From NCBI GenBank assembly GCA_002070205.1, contig MWCU01000023.1, positions 6,671 to 70,670 of the forward strand: DNA of 64,000 nt, written 5' to 3'. Source of the DNA: Firmicutes bacterium ADurb.Bin182. GTDB lineage: Bacteria; Bacillota; Clostridia; Christensenellales; CAG-138. Under the pieces are notes generated by a model that was not told the DNA's origin, did no database searches, and saw nothing but the letters and a program-made list of their open reading frames with translations. Shown piece by piece: positions 62,996 to 64,000 of this stretch. The number at the start of each line of letters is the position of its first letter. Position 1 is the first letter of the stretch. The position numbers and the translations under genes were made by a program.

Positions 62996-64000
62996 TCACT
63001 CTGCGAAAATATCAAGGACATCGATCGCTTTCTTTTCATGCACAAGCATAACATTATCGAGGTCTTGGACAAACGCCACACGGATGAATTCGGGATACTG
63101 AAGTGCGATATCCTGCACGATAGCTTTGAAATTATTTGGGTTCAAACCGAAGATAGCTACAGGATCTACACCTTTAGCTTCAGCATGACCGCGGGCGTTA
63201 TTAAGTTGCGTCAAGGTAAATGTGTATCGCCCTGTTTCCTCAGCAAACTTATAGAGTGCGTAGAGAATTGCTGCAGCTTCCGGCGTATCCCAACCTTGCT
63301 TCATGAATTTAAAACTGGTGCCATCAGGAATCGGGATGCCCTGCTTGAGAGCGGTTCCAACTGGCGAGTGACGGAAAGTTTCAAGCAAGGCAGTCACAGC
63401 ATTATCACGCGTGGATGGCGAGTAGTCGTCGCCAAGCATGAATACAAGTTCGGCCTTATCATAGGTCTCGCCAGTTTGTGCATACAGCATATACCACTTT
63501 GAGATGATTGAGTTATAAGCGAGATTTGTCCAAATCACAGCCCACACCATCGGGTTACCTGCTCCAAGGTGAATGAGCCTATTGCATAGCTCGGTCATTG
63601 TTCCTGATTTTTCTCCCTTGTTCGAAGGTGTAAGCAGTTCAGCCTCACGTAACCAAACACGCAATGCATCGTATTGCCTGTTGCCAAGCTGTCCTTGTGT
63701 AAAGCAATCCGTGCCATGTTCAAAGAAGTGCTCCAACCACGGACGACGAAAGCCAAATGTTTGATACCTATTCATACCTTTTAATTGCATATTATTTCCC
63801 TCCGTTGTGGATAGAGATTTCGCGACAAGGCAACCTTTACCCTCTGTAAAGCCAATGCAGTTACCGCAATGAGTGCAAAGTTCCTCGCGAACGAGGATTT
63901 TTCTATCCTCCATTATTTCAAATGCCCCTGTCGGACATTGAACGACACATGCCTTGCAGCCAACACAATATGCCACCTTATACGCAACACCGCGCAATCT
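62996..64000 (-). CDS. C-terminal part (at least 335 aa) of a protein that runs off the window: a 2x[4Fe-4S] ferredoxin-type motif followed by an unassigned domain of about 270 aa. It occupies the BrxP position of a type-4 BREX operon
   Basis: The reading frame is open to the window edge, and the track's M at 63997 is a TTG. Motifs CVGCKACVVQCPTGAF and CTHCGNC are present. The stop is 13 nt before brxC, whose RBS is AAGGAGA. No PAPS-reductase motif is visible in the portion present. Confidence 0.5.
   Translation of the reverse strand, partial: RLRGVAYKVAYCVGCKACVVQCPTGAFEIMEDRKILVREELCTHCGNCIGFTEGKGCLVAKSLSTTEGNNMQLKGMNRYQTFGFRRPWLEHFFEHGTDCFTQGQLGNRQYDALRVWLREAELLTPSNKGEKSGTMTELCNRLIHLGAGNPMVWAVIWTNLAYNSIISKWYMLYAQTGETYDKAELVFMLGDDYSPSTRDNAVTALLETFRHSPVGTALKQGIPIPDGTSFKFMKQGWDTPEAAAILYALYKFAEETGRYTFTLTQLNNARGHAEAKGVDPVAIFGLNPNNFKAIVQDIALQYPEFIRVAFVQDLDNVMLVHEKKAIDVLDIFAE

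Overview
This 64-kb chromosomal window looks like a spore-forming Firmicute, class Clostridia. Evidence: SpoIIID, WhiA, a Crh-like HPr, DegV, RecD2, ComFC, and a DnaE-PfkA pair. No rRNA genes or CRISPR arrays were seen. My 60-nt spot counts give about 57% GC in core genes (45001-45060). Two accessory blocks are clearly AT-richer: 27% at 1201-1260, 37% at 8401-8460 and 40% at 60001-60060.

Block 1 (1 to about 20.1 kb, minus strand) is a mosaic surface-polysaccharide locus.
- It carries a UDP-HexNAc dehydrogenase and 4-epimerase, two aminotransferases, an ATP-grasp ligase and a small priming phosphoglycosyltransferase.
- It also carries a GNAT, a 3-hydroxyacyl-CoA dehydrogenase, three GT4 glycosyltransferases, an LbH acetyltransferase, a Wzy-like polymerase, a sulfatase-like transferase, LicD and a partial Wzx.
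- An 870-bp repeat-rich leader precedes the operon. It contains a 13-bp perfect inverted repeat bracketing a near-consensus promoter that currently points away from the operon, so it is a candidate phase-variable invertible switch.

Block 2 (20.1-22.0 kb) holds a LoaP/UpxY-like NusG paralog and an unusual fusion of a degenerate tyrosine-recombinase-like domain to a NeuD/PglD-type acetyltransferase.

Block 3 (about 22.0-28.3 kb) is a compact integrative mobilizable element next to tRNA-Asn(GTT). It has a tyrosine integrase, a MobV relaxase with an oriT-like hairpin field, a ParM-like actin plus a small putative adaptor, and an excisionase-type HTH.

Block 4 (28.4-53.3 kb) is core genome.
- It starts with PAP2, DegV, a nucleotidyltransferase, spoIIID, aconitase-icd, comFC and recD2.
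- It continues with a two-component system, a radical SAM gene, murB, rapZ-whiA-crh-like, dnaE, pfkA and a RumA-type methyltransferase.

Block 5 (53.3-64.0 kb, minus strand, runs off the window) is the most interesting locus. It is an AT-rich island with a type-4-like BREX operon: a partial Fe-S protein in the BrxP position, a 1411-aa BrxC-like ATPase, PglZ, a 66-aa zinc ribbon and a short BrxL-like ATPase. The operon ends, unusually, in a NifS/DndA-type cysteine desulfurase. That suggests a sulfur-based DNA-marking defence rather than a methylation-based one.

All functional calls rest on motif and family recognition by eye. No database search was possible.
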